Shown here one piece after another: positions 26,408-39,256 of a DNA stretch of 64,000 nucleotides. Position 1 is the stretch's first letter, and each line of letters opens with the position of its first letter. The DNA is taken from contig JBITNC010000001.1 of the NCBI GenBank assembly GCA_050084985.1, forward strand, positions 187,798,001-187,862,000. Direction: 5' to 3'. Below the pieces are notes generated by a model. That model was given only the letters and a program-made list of their open reading frames with translations, made no database searches and was not told the DNA's origin. A program made the translations under genes and the position numbers. This stretch comes from Nageia nagi. Lineage: Eukaryota > Plantae > Pinophyta.

Positions 26408-29400
26408 AAACAAAAAACAAAATACAAGTGAATCCGTGGCATGAGGAAGGAATTATAAAATCTTACCAATGATAACATTTCAAGAAGTTTTTTTCAAATA
26501 TTATTTCATGGATATACCCATAATAGTTTATCAGAGGACCAACATCATTGTGTATATTCAAAGAGTTAACTTTACGAAACACGAGTTGGATTTAAAAGAC
26601 AACTTAAAGGAGGCAAGCTCGATAGAACTTTAGAGGTTGGTAGATATGAGTTCGATGGCATTACACTAAATGTCATTCTATGACTTCACTTTAGATATCC
26701 TAAAATGATTTATAACCACTACTTTAATGGTGGGTAGTGGTTGGACAAATTATACCCAATCATAGTAGATACAAAGGAAAATATCATTGGACTAAAGGTA
26801 ATTAAGGTCAATCATTCCCAACTAACAAAGGTTTCACATGTGGTGGTATATAATTTTTTCACTAGCCTATTAAGCATAAAAAAGAATTCTAATCATTGAA
26901 GATCCTTAAGCTAGTAATGATGATAATTGCAAAGATATTCACCCATAAGATTTTTTACAAAAATATACTTTCTTCAATCACAACAATAAATGGCATGCTA
27001 GTTTTTGACATCATAGTGAAAGGGGTCAACTATAGGGTCATAAAACTCTACAATACCCAACTCTAGGAAAACCATGAAGAAATTAAGACCATACCTAAGA
27101 AGGACCAAGAATTCCACTTCAGGTCAATTTTATGTTAATTGTAATGTTTCACTTAAATTGTACCTAGCAAAATAGGTAAGATTATATTTTCTTCAAATAA
27201 ACCCATTTCTAATCAAATTAATTATCTCCACAAAGATATTGGTTTATGGAATAGAAGTCTACGGATGGATAGGATAATAGAGTTAATTAAAGGAAAAAAA
27301 TGGGTGTCGACCAAGGAAATCTAACTTTACCCATAAAGAAATGACTTTAAATATTTAGAACACAAAAGATAATATATATGCTAGAAGTCAAATTTATGGA
27401 ATACCATTTCTAATGACTACATACTTGTATCAAACTAATTATAAAATTGCATTACAATTGGTTAGACTAATCAACCCTACAAGAATAATTTGTACAAATG
27501 AAACTGAAGACAAGATAAAAACAACCTCTAATTCTTAGAGATGGATCTTCATCTATAAAGAGGAAACCAAGCCAACAAATAGTGCCCCACCATACCTCAT
27601 CATCAAGCAAAAAACCTATAATAAGGCCCAAAGTTAAAATGCTTAAGGAGTTAGTAGGGCATAAGATAAAGCAAAAAAAAGAAAGGCATGCACATCATCA
27701 TTTTTATCTTATCTACCTATGTTACAAAGATATTATAAAAAACTATAAATATGTTTGTAATGACAACTTGATCTTTGAATTCTTAAACCAAAATAACCAA
27801 AACAAGCTTGGTGATTTTATTACACATTATATATATAGACAAACCTCTATAGGTCTAACTAGTCATTGGGTTTAAAGGACATTAAAGACATCATTTATTG
27901 TTATATGGGGGGCAAGGGGGGCTCAAAGCCCCCCAAAATCAATAAAGATAGCAATGCCACCAAAGAAAATACTAGGAAAAGGAAATTAAGAGTAGAAAAA
28001 GGTGACTAGGTCACCAAAAGAATCGTGATAACAACTTCAAAATCCAATACATTCACCTAATCCAACAAGGCAATTATTGTCAAAACAAACACATTAACTA
28101 GTAGGAACTAACAATGGTATATCAATGAAGACAATAAGCCCAAGTTAGAATAAATAATTGATCTTGCCAATGCCACTTTGCTTTCAACAGGATCAACATT
28201 TATGATGACCATAACTAGCAACCCTCTTTCCACAGCTAAAGTTGTCTCATAAATGGAATGGAGTACATTTTCACCAAGTACTACTTAATTGTTTTCTTTT
28301 ACAATTTTATCACAAATATCATTATCTATATTAACCACACATACACCACCTTAATCAACACCTTCCACCATCACCATTATAACATCTTCCATCACTATTC
28401 CACCTCCACACCTCTTCCACTAAGATGTCACCAAATTTTACTACATCAACTACCATCAGTACCACCTAAATCCCTAAACACTATACCATGGCCACTTCCT
28501 CAACTATCCCTTCATTTAGAATCCTTTCTACAACCATCACTTTTTTTCTCCACTAAACTTAATATTTTGTTAAAGTTAGAAAACATTATACTAAAAAGAG
28601 ATTGATATGAGCCTAACAAATTAAGCTCCTACAAAAAATACTAGAACCCTCTCCATTTTCTTTGTAGAAGAGGCACTAACTATCTAATATGATAGTCAAA
28701 TACTTAATCTTTTTAAGATGCCTTTTGAATATCAAATCCATGTAATGAGTATATTAAAAGAAATTAATCTCCAAAAGAATTTGTTAATTCAATTCAAAGA
28801 GGTTGATGATTTGAGAAGATTAATAACTAAGCTTCTTGGGGAGCTATAGCAAAAAGCCCCTCACATAAAATTAGATACAACATAACATCATATCGATCAA
28901 GTGGCAAAATCTATGAAGAAGTTAATAAAATATTAGCTTATTGAATAGGTATAAGTCTATAATCATGAACAACAACTAAGCATATGAAAAGCACATATAG
29001 CGAATTAAATAATTTCATTCAAACACATCCAATTAATTATAATGTTATTATCAAGAATTCAAATAATATTCATGGAAAAAGTTGTTAGACAATGTGAACA
29101 TGCTAGAGGAGCTGGTGGGTGGAGAGTAGCTAAAACTCTCCACTAAAATATGGGGGCCTAAGTTCAAATTTCATTCCCTTTAACAATTGGAAATAATTGC
29201 AAATCCTATGGATGATGGTAGGTGCAACCAAGGTCAAGTGTGAGCCTTGAAGATGGAATAGATATCCCTTGGTTGTGGCAGCTTAGCCTAAGGAAATTCC
29301 CCATAAGGGGTGGATAGGTAGGGTGGGTGGGGAGATTGATGACTCACATGAACCTCATATTGATGATGCTTGAGCTCATCATGGTAATCATGAAAGAAAT

Positions 29401-31079
29401 TGGACTACAAATCATCGTAGTTGAACCCAATAAGACTCACACATGTTTAGGCAGAGTGAATATTTATCCCACACGATGCATCAGGAACAAATGGAGACTT
29501 TTGGGAAGGACCGTAGCCATGGCATGGATTGCGATGCTACGGGTCATCGATTGCACTCTGGATTAAATTATTAGCATGTCAAGCACAAGGTGACGGTACC
29601 TTAGGGATAAATCAAACCATTTTGTGTTTTCCATGGCCATTCTTACACTGCTTTTTTGGAAAATCTTTGTTTGCAAAATGCCTACAATAATGCCAGGCCA
29701 GAAAAGGTTAGAACCCAATAATGGGGAGATATTTAGGGAAGACCCAGTAGTCTGGGATATCCTATGTAATGGGGGTATCCGAGGATTTATAGATTCGCTC
29801 CAAAGGCATGATGAAAATTGATCTCAACAAGTTACAGACTCCTAGGATGAAGAGAGGGGCATCGAAGATGGGCTAAACTTCACAATTAGAGCATGTCTGA
29901 TTGTGGTACTACGGGTATGGTGAATTAAGGGATTCAACATTCTAGAGATGTGGGAACTTCACAAGCTGATATCAAGAATTTTCTAAAGGACGATGAGTTG
30001 ATACCTACAAAGAGGAAGTCAAGCTATCAAGTGAATTCTTTTGCCTATCCATGGAATAGAGTTGCAATTGGACTATTAAATTGTTCACTTTGGAAGGGCA
30101 TCACTCAAAAGTAGGGGGCTATCATTTTGTGCTGATGACTCATTTTAGGGGGAAGCTCCAGGTAAACCTTCCTTACTTCCTGTATCATTCCTTAGACTTA
30201 TATATCCGTAAAAATAGAGGGCAAATTCCCATTCACCAAGGTCTCATCAAGATTTTGGTTGAATTTTCCCGTAGCAAGGCTCAAGTTATGGCGCTACTTC
30301 GATAGAGGCCTCCACGCGCCACACCACCATCGACCAAACTCCACCTCCATGACCTCCTCAACCATCACCACCTCCTCCTCTACCCCCTTCACTTCCCCCA
30401 CCTCCTTGAGCTTAAACTCCTTCCCCAACTCGGGCACCTCCTTCACCTTACATTCACAAAATTATGGCTTCTTTAGGTGAGGCTAAAAGTGAAGAACTCC
30501 TCCATGGGAGAAGCCATATGAAGAATACAGTTATGTTTGATCTTGAGGATCAAACTAAAGAAACAAAGAAAGGGGGCCAAAAAAGAAAATTCAGCTATCT
30601 GCTCCCCACATAGCTTGGCTTCATGACTACTAACTTTTGGGAGTCTCATGCTATTTGCCAGTCCATCAAATGAGACTATGATGATGATTATGAGTAGAGG
30701 GAAAGGAAGTAGAAATTACATAGAATGAAAACAACCATCAAGAAGCTACTAAAGGACATCTCGCTAGATAGAATGCCCAATCAACAATAAAACATCATTA
30801 AGGCTGGGTGGGACTTCATGGACAACATGAAGAATGCTACAACCAAAGAAAGAAAAGGTATGGAGATGGACACTTTTGCTTATGTTACTGATTTTTACTC
30901 TTTGTACTATAGATGGATGGATCCTCCTTCCAAAGATGGAAGTGAAATGTAGGATAATGTAGATAGTCACTTTTTCAATGATATATCATAACAATTTTTG
31001 TAAGATAGGTTTTTGGGGCCTGTATAAAAAACCATTGTTAATAAAAATTTACCTTTGATCAATAATAATAATAATAATG
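26408..31079 (+). mobile_element. Candidate retroposed (non-LTR-type, non-autonomous) insertion with (AAT)n tail and 13-bp TSD
   Basis: ATGAATTGCCAAA occurs at 26395-26407 and 31080-31092, the second directly after an (AAT)n tract (31061-31078) preceded by AATAAA at ~31040. No RT motif recognised. Confidence 0.45.
29678..30900 (+). pseudogene. Decayed TE-associated ORF of unknown function
   Basis: Protein-like fragments on one strand: MPTIMPGQKRLEPNNGEIFREDPVVWDILCNGGIRGFIDSLQRHDEN and FTLEGHHSKVGGYHFVLMTHFRGKLQVNLPYFLYHSL...PIHQGLIKILVEF, then a Pro/Ser-rich low-complexity tract. Interrupted by stops and frameshifts. Confidence 0.5.
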
Positions 31080-31249
31080 ATGAATTGCCAAACAAATAAA
31101 AAGCTTAGCATCTATTAATGTCAAAATGGCACAACTACGAGAAAAATAAAAAAAGATCAAGGTAAATATTTTCAAGTAACCTAAAAGAAACAACAAATTT
31201 TAGGACGATAGAGTACAAATATATAACTTAAGAAAGTTATGATGTAAAT

Positions 31250-32700
31250 AAGTTCCTTTCAAGGTCTTGGCAATTTTTATACTTTTAGCCCAACACTACA
31301 TTACCACAAAATTTATCAGCCAAAACATACAAGCTCAAATATTAGTATTGCTTTTGGACTGAATTCATCATCAAAATCAATAGGTTCACCATTATCATCA
31401 TAAACAATCATATTCACCATATTGATTGAAGGTAAATCCTAATTTTTGACTTTGAGCACATCATTTTCATATGAAACTGTACCACTATCCAACAAGTGTT
31501 TTATCTTCTTTCTCAAAACATAAAAACCTATTATATTATGTCCTTTGATTTGATGATATTTGCAAAATTGATTTACCCTATACCAACTAAGCTTTTCATC
31601 ATTAGGTTCATATTATTTTCCTTAAATTCATTTGATTAAACCCTATTCTAGATATTCCTCAAATATTTGGTTAGGGTTTATTAGTAATGGATATATGTAT
31701 TTGGCTAATTTTCTATCTTTAGGTTTGTCTTGGTGGGATGTTTCAATGACATTAACTAAAGTATCATATTTTTTATTATAAGGCTTCCTACCATTGTCTT
31801 CGTTGGAGGAGGATGATGTATACTTAAGTAAATTAGACCTTACTAAGAATTTTTCTTTCTCAATAATAAAATGAATCATATGCACAAATGAATTATTAAC
31901 ATGCTCAAGCCCTTTTTCACCAAGAACATGATGAATATTTTCAATGAATACGTTTGCAATGAAGCTCTCTTACATCTTTTGTTTAATGGACCTCCAAAGC
32001 TTGATGAATCTAGAAACAAACTTTTCTAATCTTCCTATTTATCCTTTCTTACAACAAATCAAATATGTCAAATCAACTATTTTCTTCACATTGCATCTGA
32101 AGTGAGCCTTGAATTGATCCTTCAATTATTGATATGATGTTATAGATCTTGGTTCTAAGCTATGAAACCACTTGCGAGCTTCACCGATTAAACTTATAAG
32201 GAAATATTTTGCTTTCAAATGATCATCAACCCCACATTTAAGCTCCATAATGTATTCAAAACCTTAAATATGAGTGATAGGATCAATCTCACCATTGAAT
32301 TTTTCAAATTCAGAATCTTTATCTATACGAACAAAGAATGTATTTCAAAGCTCCATGCTCAATGGGTTACCTTTGTTCTATGTCCTATTTGCACAAATTC
32401 TAAATTTTCTACCAAGCTGTGCAACCTAAGATTCAAGATGTCTAAAATTTTTATTGGTGAAAGTTCCTAAATTAGATGCACGATTTCTAGCATTCATGCT
32501 ACTGTTAGCTTTAGCATTGATGGTAATGTCTATGCTGATGTGCGCATATGCGCTGGGCTGATTAATGATCTGTACCATCGATGTAGATGCTTTTGCAATG
32601 ATAGCTTGAAACTTGGGCATTACCATTAATTTGGTCAAGACTTCAAGATTTATGTTCACCATTTCTATCACACTCATAAAATTGTTGATCAAATATAATG
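31250..32700 (-). pseudogene. Decayed Tat/Ogre-type gag fragment
   Basis: Minus strand: KFNGEIDPITHI, AKYFLISLIGEARKWFHSLEPRSITSYQ*LKDQFKAHF (~32100-32300) and knuckle CKYHQIKGHNI (~31530-31565). Confidence 0.75.
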
Positions 32701-34932
32701 AACCCTAAGGTTCTTGATGTAAAAATATGGGTAGGTTCGAATATGTTGATATGTATTTTGGTATCACCTAGGGTTTTATTCTAAATGAGCCAAAGTGCAC
32801 ATAAACATTTATTATATAATTTATCTAGGCTAAATTGACCTAAATAAACATACATGAATGTAAGAGAATATAAAAGTGTAGTAATAGAATAATGAAATTA
32901 CATCAATGTCAAGATGTAAAATGAGCTACATGTACTAAAGAGAAAGGAATCAAGTGAAAGATAAATACCTGTGTCCTTACTTGTGTTAGGGTCAAGGATA
33001 TGATAGATGAACTTGTTGAAGAGTAATTACCTTGTTGTACGAACCCCAAGGTCAACTGCAGAAAAAATACCATTACAAATGCTAATCTTTGAAAGCTCAA
33101 TGCAAGCACAAACATTAGCGCAAGTGCGAACGTTCCTGAAGAATGAGGTTTACCAATAAGGATCAATGATAGCAGAGATGACAAGTCAAACTAAGCATAT
33201 GGTCATTGAAGTGGATAATAAATATTCACTCAAGTGATAACAAATTCTTGAAGAAGAATATCCTTATTGTAGATCCTCGACTCCTACCCCCACTACAATC
33301 TTTGGCATCAACTTTTGCTCTAATACAAATATAATCTTCCTCAATGGCACTTGTTGGTTAGTAGGAAGGAATTGTACTTCGTAAATATCAAAGAAGTTAA
33401 TTTTTTTTAAAGTGATGACGATGTACATACATGTGATAAATATAGATAAAGTCCCATATTACATCAACTAATGTATGAAGTCTTTAAGAAATATGTCTAT
33501 AAAACATTGTGTATGTATTATTGGTAAAATATTCTAAGTAAAATTATAAACATAAACTTTTGAAAAGAAATAAGTAAAGCTACGAACATATTGGAATCAA
33601 AGTTAAAATTTCAAATTATAGCAATTGAAAAAAATCATTGAAGACACTTTAAACATGGGAGAAGTCTCAAGGACGAGACTTGGAGTAAAATTAGGAAGAA
33701 CGTCACCAAGAGAGAATTTCAAAACTAATCCTACTGATCAATTGACATATCAAGAATCGCCGCCCAAAACAAGAACAAAAAGAAATCATTATAAAGGAGT
33801 AACAAATGCACCAAATATTGTTAATTGGTGAGTTGCTAAATGAAATGATGAATTATCATATTTCATTACAATAAAGATCGAATACAAATACTAAAATGAA
33901 ACCAAGAAGAAAATATATGAGTGTGTGTGTTAATCAAATAAATACACATATAAAAAATGTATGAAGAATTATAAAAAGTGGATCAAAGTAATTCAAACAT
34001 TTATAATTGTAATCCAATAATTAATATCAATATAAATCGACACATTTCTTATACTTTCATTGTTATTACTTGTATTTTTAATAACTATTCAATATTATTT
34101 TAGTAGGTAAAACTCGTCCTACTAATTATATTCTTATAAATTGTAAAAGATAACACCTTTCTTCGAAATATAAAACAAAACAACAAACTTAAAAAAAAAA
34201 AAAGTTCAATAAAAAAAAATTTGTACAAATTAAAATAAACAAATTCTAACCTAAAAATAAACATTTTATTTTACTTACTTCAAGAATATTACTAAAAAAA
34301 TTATTATAATCTGTAATCATATTGAAAGACATCATTTGGTTTGCTTTTATTGAATTGATATATGTAAAAACATTATTTAGGGGAAAAAAATAAACCATCA
34401 CTTGGCTGGCTTTCTTTAGCGAGGAAATAACTAATAAAAGAATCCCTTGGTTTGCTTCCTTTTGGGGCATCAGGTAGAAGTAAAATTACTGTTAAAAAAT
34501 ATATTTCAATTTTAGATTTTTTTTATGGCGAAGATGAAAATGCCTTTTTGCAGAGGCTGTCTTTATTATATTTTTTGCCCCTCAGCTTTTTATTCTTGTT
34601 CACATAGGATGTGTGGTTCAAGTCTCCCTTTGAAACGCTACTTGCCAACATCCAAAACATGAATTGCTTTTACTGTTTCAACCAAAGCAAACTTTTTGCC
34701 TATACGTAGTATTATCTCTAGTCCTCTATTCAATCATTACAGAACTTTTATGCTGTGCTACATCTCTGGGAAATCAAACCATTAAACAAGGACAAGAACA
34801 CATGACGAGCAAAGGAATAAAGAATAACTATACCACAATACAATTACACGAAGGCATCCTGTGGAGGCTGATGTCTTAACACATTTAGGTGCACCCAGAA
34901 ATTCTTGACTTAGCAGTACAGAAGTTACAGAT

Positions 34933-35175
34933 CTACAGCAAAATCTGCTGGTGTGGTAGCTGAAAGATTTCTACTGGTTTGGGGGTATTGAGTCGTGACT
35001 GACGTTTTGTAGGAACCAAACTATCATCATCTTTCCATTTTTCGATTTCAATCGCCTCCTCCTTGTCTTCCTCTTCTGTCTTGAACACAGGATGTATGTA
35101 AGCATCACGCAGATATTCTTTCAGGTTTAGGTTCGGTTCATTTACTCGCTCCAAAGTGTCCTTGATAGTGGCTTC
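34933..35175 (-). CDS. OSCA1: Last coding exon of an OSCA1/CSC1-type hyperosmolality-gated (mechanosensitive) Ca2+-permeable channel
   Basis: EATIKDTLERVNEPNLNLKEYLRDAYIHPVFK...LVPTKRQSRLNTP matches the OSCA clade-1 C-terminus (EAMMKDTLE.AREPNLNLKGYLQNAY.HPVFK...VPTKRQSRRNTP). Acceptor TTTCAG|GAA at 35176-35181; stop TAG at 34933-34935. Confidence 0.93.
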   Translation of the reverse strand, partial: EATIKDTLERVNEPNLNLKEYLRDAYIHPVFKTEEEDKEEAIEIEKWKDDDSLVPTKRQSRLNTPKPVEIFQLPHQQILL

Positions 35176-38064
35176 CTGAAATATCAAGATAGAGCAGTGT
35201 GTAAGATAAATAGATGTCAAATGAAGTACATTGGTTAGCGACATTGATTATTTGTGCACCATTATTCTACTATTGTTTTGGTCATGGGCATTTCTAATAG
35301 TACTGTGGGCAATTATTTAAAAAATGATGTCAATTGAGGAAGATTAACCAAAAAAAGCGAGTGACTTTCAAGGTCTGACCTAGAGATGGTGTGCAATGTA
35401 GATTTACATGTAGCTATAGCGCAAATCAGCTATTAATAAAATAAAGAAAAATGGAAAATACAAATTCTTCATGCATGAGATCTAAAATGCTCGCAAATAT
35501 TATCCATAGGGTGAATGTTTATCGAGCGATCTTAACAGCTAGCGTAAAAGAGACATTTTACTTGCATCTTTTGCCAGTTTATTTTGTAAACAGTTTTACA
35601 TAAAAAACAAAACATATCCTGGTACAGAGGATATAAAATTTCATAGTGCAGATCTGATTGACCATCCTTAACAATTTACACTCTACCAAATCACAAGTAA
35701 CTAGTAAGGGGTGAACTTAACAGACTGGTCTGGTGTGAAGCCGAATCCAGAAGAAGAATACAAAAGGTAGAATCTTAAGACAGAGTACTATACGAGAAGA
35801 ATTGGATACTAACAGTTCTTTCAATGCCTCTATTGAATGGCATGAAATCTGGAAAAAAAATGTAATTAAAAATTTTAGCATGCATGTTCCTCTTGTTGAT
35901 TCTATACAGTAAAATACTGAAAGCCGAAAACCTATGGAAAAAAGGAGGGCCTTCAAGTGTCCTGGGCCTCAAACGAGTAAGAAATAATCTTCAACCATTA
36001 TTTCTAAAATTAAATGCCGTTTGCATAAACTGTTGCATAACCTATTCCAAACAAGCAACACAGCAGAAAAAAAAAAGCAAAGAAAAATGTGAATTTATCT
36101 ACATCCTGATTTTATACAGAGATTTAGACATCAATATAATTTGCACACTTCACAGATGTTTGTTGCATATTCTATTGAAAGCCTTAGTATGGGATATTTG
36201 GGTAACAAGACGCAGAATAATTTTCCATTTGACTATTTCTAAATCAGCTAATATTCACTCGTAAGTAAAGTTGTCTGCCCAATGGTTTGCAAACAAGGTA
36301 TGGTAAATTGGACACAATGAATACCCTCACATATGAAACCAAGTAAATCTTATCAAGGAAAATAAAGGCCCCTACAGCAGTGATCTTGATGACGTATAAT
36401 AATAAAAACAAATCAATGATCATTTCAAATTGCCCGAGATTTGAATGAAGAATTTTGCTGCAGATTTATTCCTCGATGAGAGGCTTATTAGAGCTTCCAG
36501 ATTGGGAATGACATTTCCTTAAAATAGAAGAAAATGCTCGTCCTAAATGTAAACTTGATGGGAAACCAAACTCTAAAGACAAACATAAATAAATAACTGA
36601 AACTGAAGCCATTAGCGTACTTGGAAAATTCTCTCTTATTCAAATAGAAGCTGAGAGACTTTTGGTCTGGTGATAATCATCCACATGCTCTAAACCCATA
36701 CACTGTTAACTTACAAAAACATACCAGTCTATGAACATAGGGAAATTCTCTCTTATTTAAGATACACAAACCACAAATCTTATTCATAAAAAGCATCGTG
36801 GGAGCAGCTTCAACTGCATTTCTACTTCATGGATTCTAATCAAATTCACAATTAATTACTCTGTTAAAAATGTTACAGGGCATATATTCGTTGGTTCTGC
36901 TATCTCCTTCCATGTTATCCATAACTATGCTAATTACCAGATCACTCGTCTCTGCAGTTACGTTGTAAAGCTATGTGATTAGTGTTTAAAGTGAACTGTG
37001 ACTAGAGCCTTGCGCCACTCAAAAGACTGTTAATTTTCTTCTAGTTGCAGAGGTTACAATTTTAAGTTTGGGCACCTCAGATCTTTTCAACACTCCTTGA
37101 TTCATATTAGATCAAGTTAAGATGGATATTTTTGTTGAAATTGCAAAGGCAGTAGATGTCTGAATAAATGATAATGTTTATTAGTCTACAGCTATTCCAA
37201 TGCATAAAACACATGTAAAATTTGTTTCATTGCGTTATTTAGTAGGAAGAGCAGAAATAAGTGCATGAATTCAAGGTTGATCTCCTTACTTTGGTGAACA
37301 GGAGGAGACTCATATCCATAGGTCAATCAATTGTTCAGAGTTGCTTTCATTGGGATTTCTTAAGTAAAGCAATGAAGCATCAAAACACAACTTCTAGATG
37401 GGTGAGTAATAAGCTTTGAGAACATACCCAATGCAAGTGTAACAATCAGTCAGCATTTCCAAATGATAAAAACTATAGTACAAGATTGCATCCATTTGAA
37501 CTCCTTTGACAACAAAATATCTAATATTTGATTTGGATTCTGAACTATACATAATTCTACTAATATGAAACTTCTCAAATGGATTGGTTCATATTGTTGA
37601 ATTCTTCTGAGCAAATATAGATTGGATTGGAATCCATGAACAAATGCCAAATACCAATGAAAAGTTCACCACTCGAGTTATTTCTTTGGTTGGGCATATA
37701 ATAGCATTGTTAGTGTTCAATTTTTAGCTTATGATTAAGAAAGGTGTCTATCAGTATTGGATTCTCTTTACAAGAAATGTAATAGCAAGGGCCCCATCAA
37801 TTATATGATGATCTTCGTATGGACCAGATTTTAAAGATGAGTTCTTGCATGAAAAAGGATTGAAAAAATGAATTAACAATATTGTTACTACCATTGTTGT
37901 ACATTTTCTGGAGCTCTGAGTAGAAGAAGAGCTAAATTAGTTTATGAAAAATAAAGCATCGAGTCTCAACTATATATCTGTAAATGATATAAGAAATCTC
38001 ATATGAATCCAGAGAATTTATGGATGAATTTTTCCATAAAGGTCTGTATGATCTCAAATTTACC

Positions 38065-39256
38065 TCAAGGCAATATCAATGCCATAGTTATAACACAAAT
38101 TTCAAAATGTAGAGGGAAGTTTCAATATTGTTATACATTGAAATATAACATGGATTTATTTCCCACCTCTCACGCAATTAGCATTAAAAAGGTTTCACTT
38201 GTAGATTGTGTGCAAGGAATTAAGATTTTGCTTTGTCAATAGCAACTGAATATGAGGTAAGGAAAATCACTCTAGGAACATACCGAAAAAATAATCCCTG
38301 AAATCATTGGAATAAATCTTCTATATGAGTTTTATAAGTATGGTTGTTGCCCAAGTAAAGTCAAAAGTTAATGATAATTTGTAATATTATTCAATAGTAC
38401 TTGACAAGTTGAGCGAGTGCATCTAAAATTCATTTTCTCAACAATATATAGTATTGAAACTATAAGTCTTGAAAATGGCTATATCAATGCCATATGAAAA
38501 GTTATAACACACATTTCAAAACATAGAGGGAAGTTTCAACATCGTTGCACACCTCATGCAATTAGTATTAAAATGATTTCAGTTGTAGATTGTGTGCGCA
38601 AGGAATTAAGACTTTTCTTTGTCAAGAACAACTGAATATTTCACAAGGAAAATCACTATAGGAACATACCTAAAACGTACTTCCTGAAATCATTGGAATA
38701 AGTCTTCTGTATCAGTTTCATGAGTATGGTTGTTGCCCGAGTAAAGTCAAAAGTTAATGATAATTTGTAATATTATTCAATAGTACTTGATGAGTGGAGT
38801 GACTGAATGCAAAATTCATTTTCTCAACAATATATAGTATTGAGACTTTGAGTCTTGAAAATGGCAATACCAATGCCATATGAATAATTATAACACAAAT
38901 ATCATAACATAAGAGGGAAGTACTTTCAATATTGTTGCACATACTAATATAACATGGATTTATTTCCCACCTCTCACACAATTAGTATTAGAATTGTTTC
39001 ACTTGTAGATTGTGTGTACAAGGAATTAAGATTTTGCTTTGTCAAGAACAACTGAATAAGCTATAAGGAAAATCACTCTAGGAAAGTACCTAAAACGTAC
39101 TCCCTGAAATAATTGGAATAAATACTCTCTATCAGTTTTATGAGTATGGTTGTTGCCCGAGTAAAGTCAAATGTTAATGGTAATTTTGTAATATTATTCA
39201 ATAGTACTTGACGAGTGGAGTGAGTGCATCTAAAATTCATTTTCTCAACAATATAG
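38065..39256. repeat. Degenerate tandem repeat, ~390-420-bp unit, ~3 copies; last unit continues at 51358-51390
   Basis: AGGAAAATCACT(C/A)TAGGAA recurs near 38260, 38646 and 39066. The unit sequence TATAGTATTGAGACTTTGAGTCTTGAAAATGGC resumes at 51358. Confidence 0.9.

Noticed and set aside
26900-28250. Possible minus-strand LINE ORF1 remnant
   Set aside because: Only faint resemblance (e.g. FLGRHPFF) with many stops; cannot be supported without a profile search.
29100-29190. tRNA gene
   Set aside because: Only box-like motifs; no cloverleaf could be built.
35717-38242. Short ORFs in the unique part of the intron as extra exons or small genes
   Set aside because: No recognisable motifs, and the flanking OSCA exons already join without missing conserved sequence.
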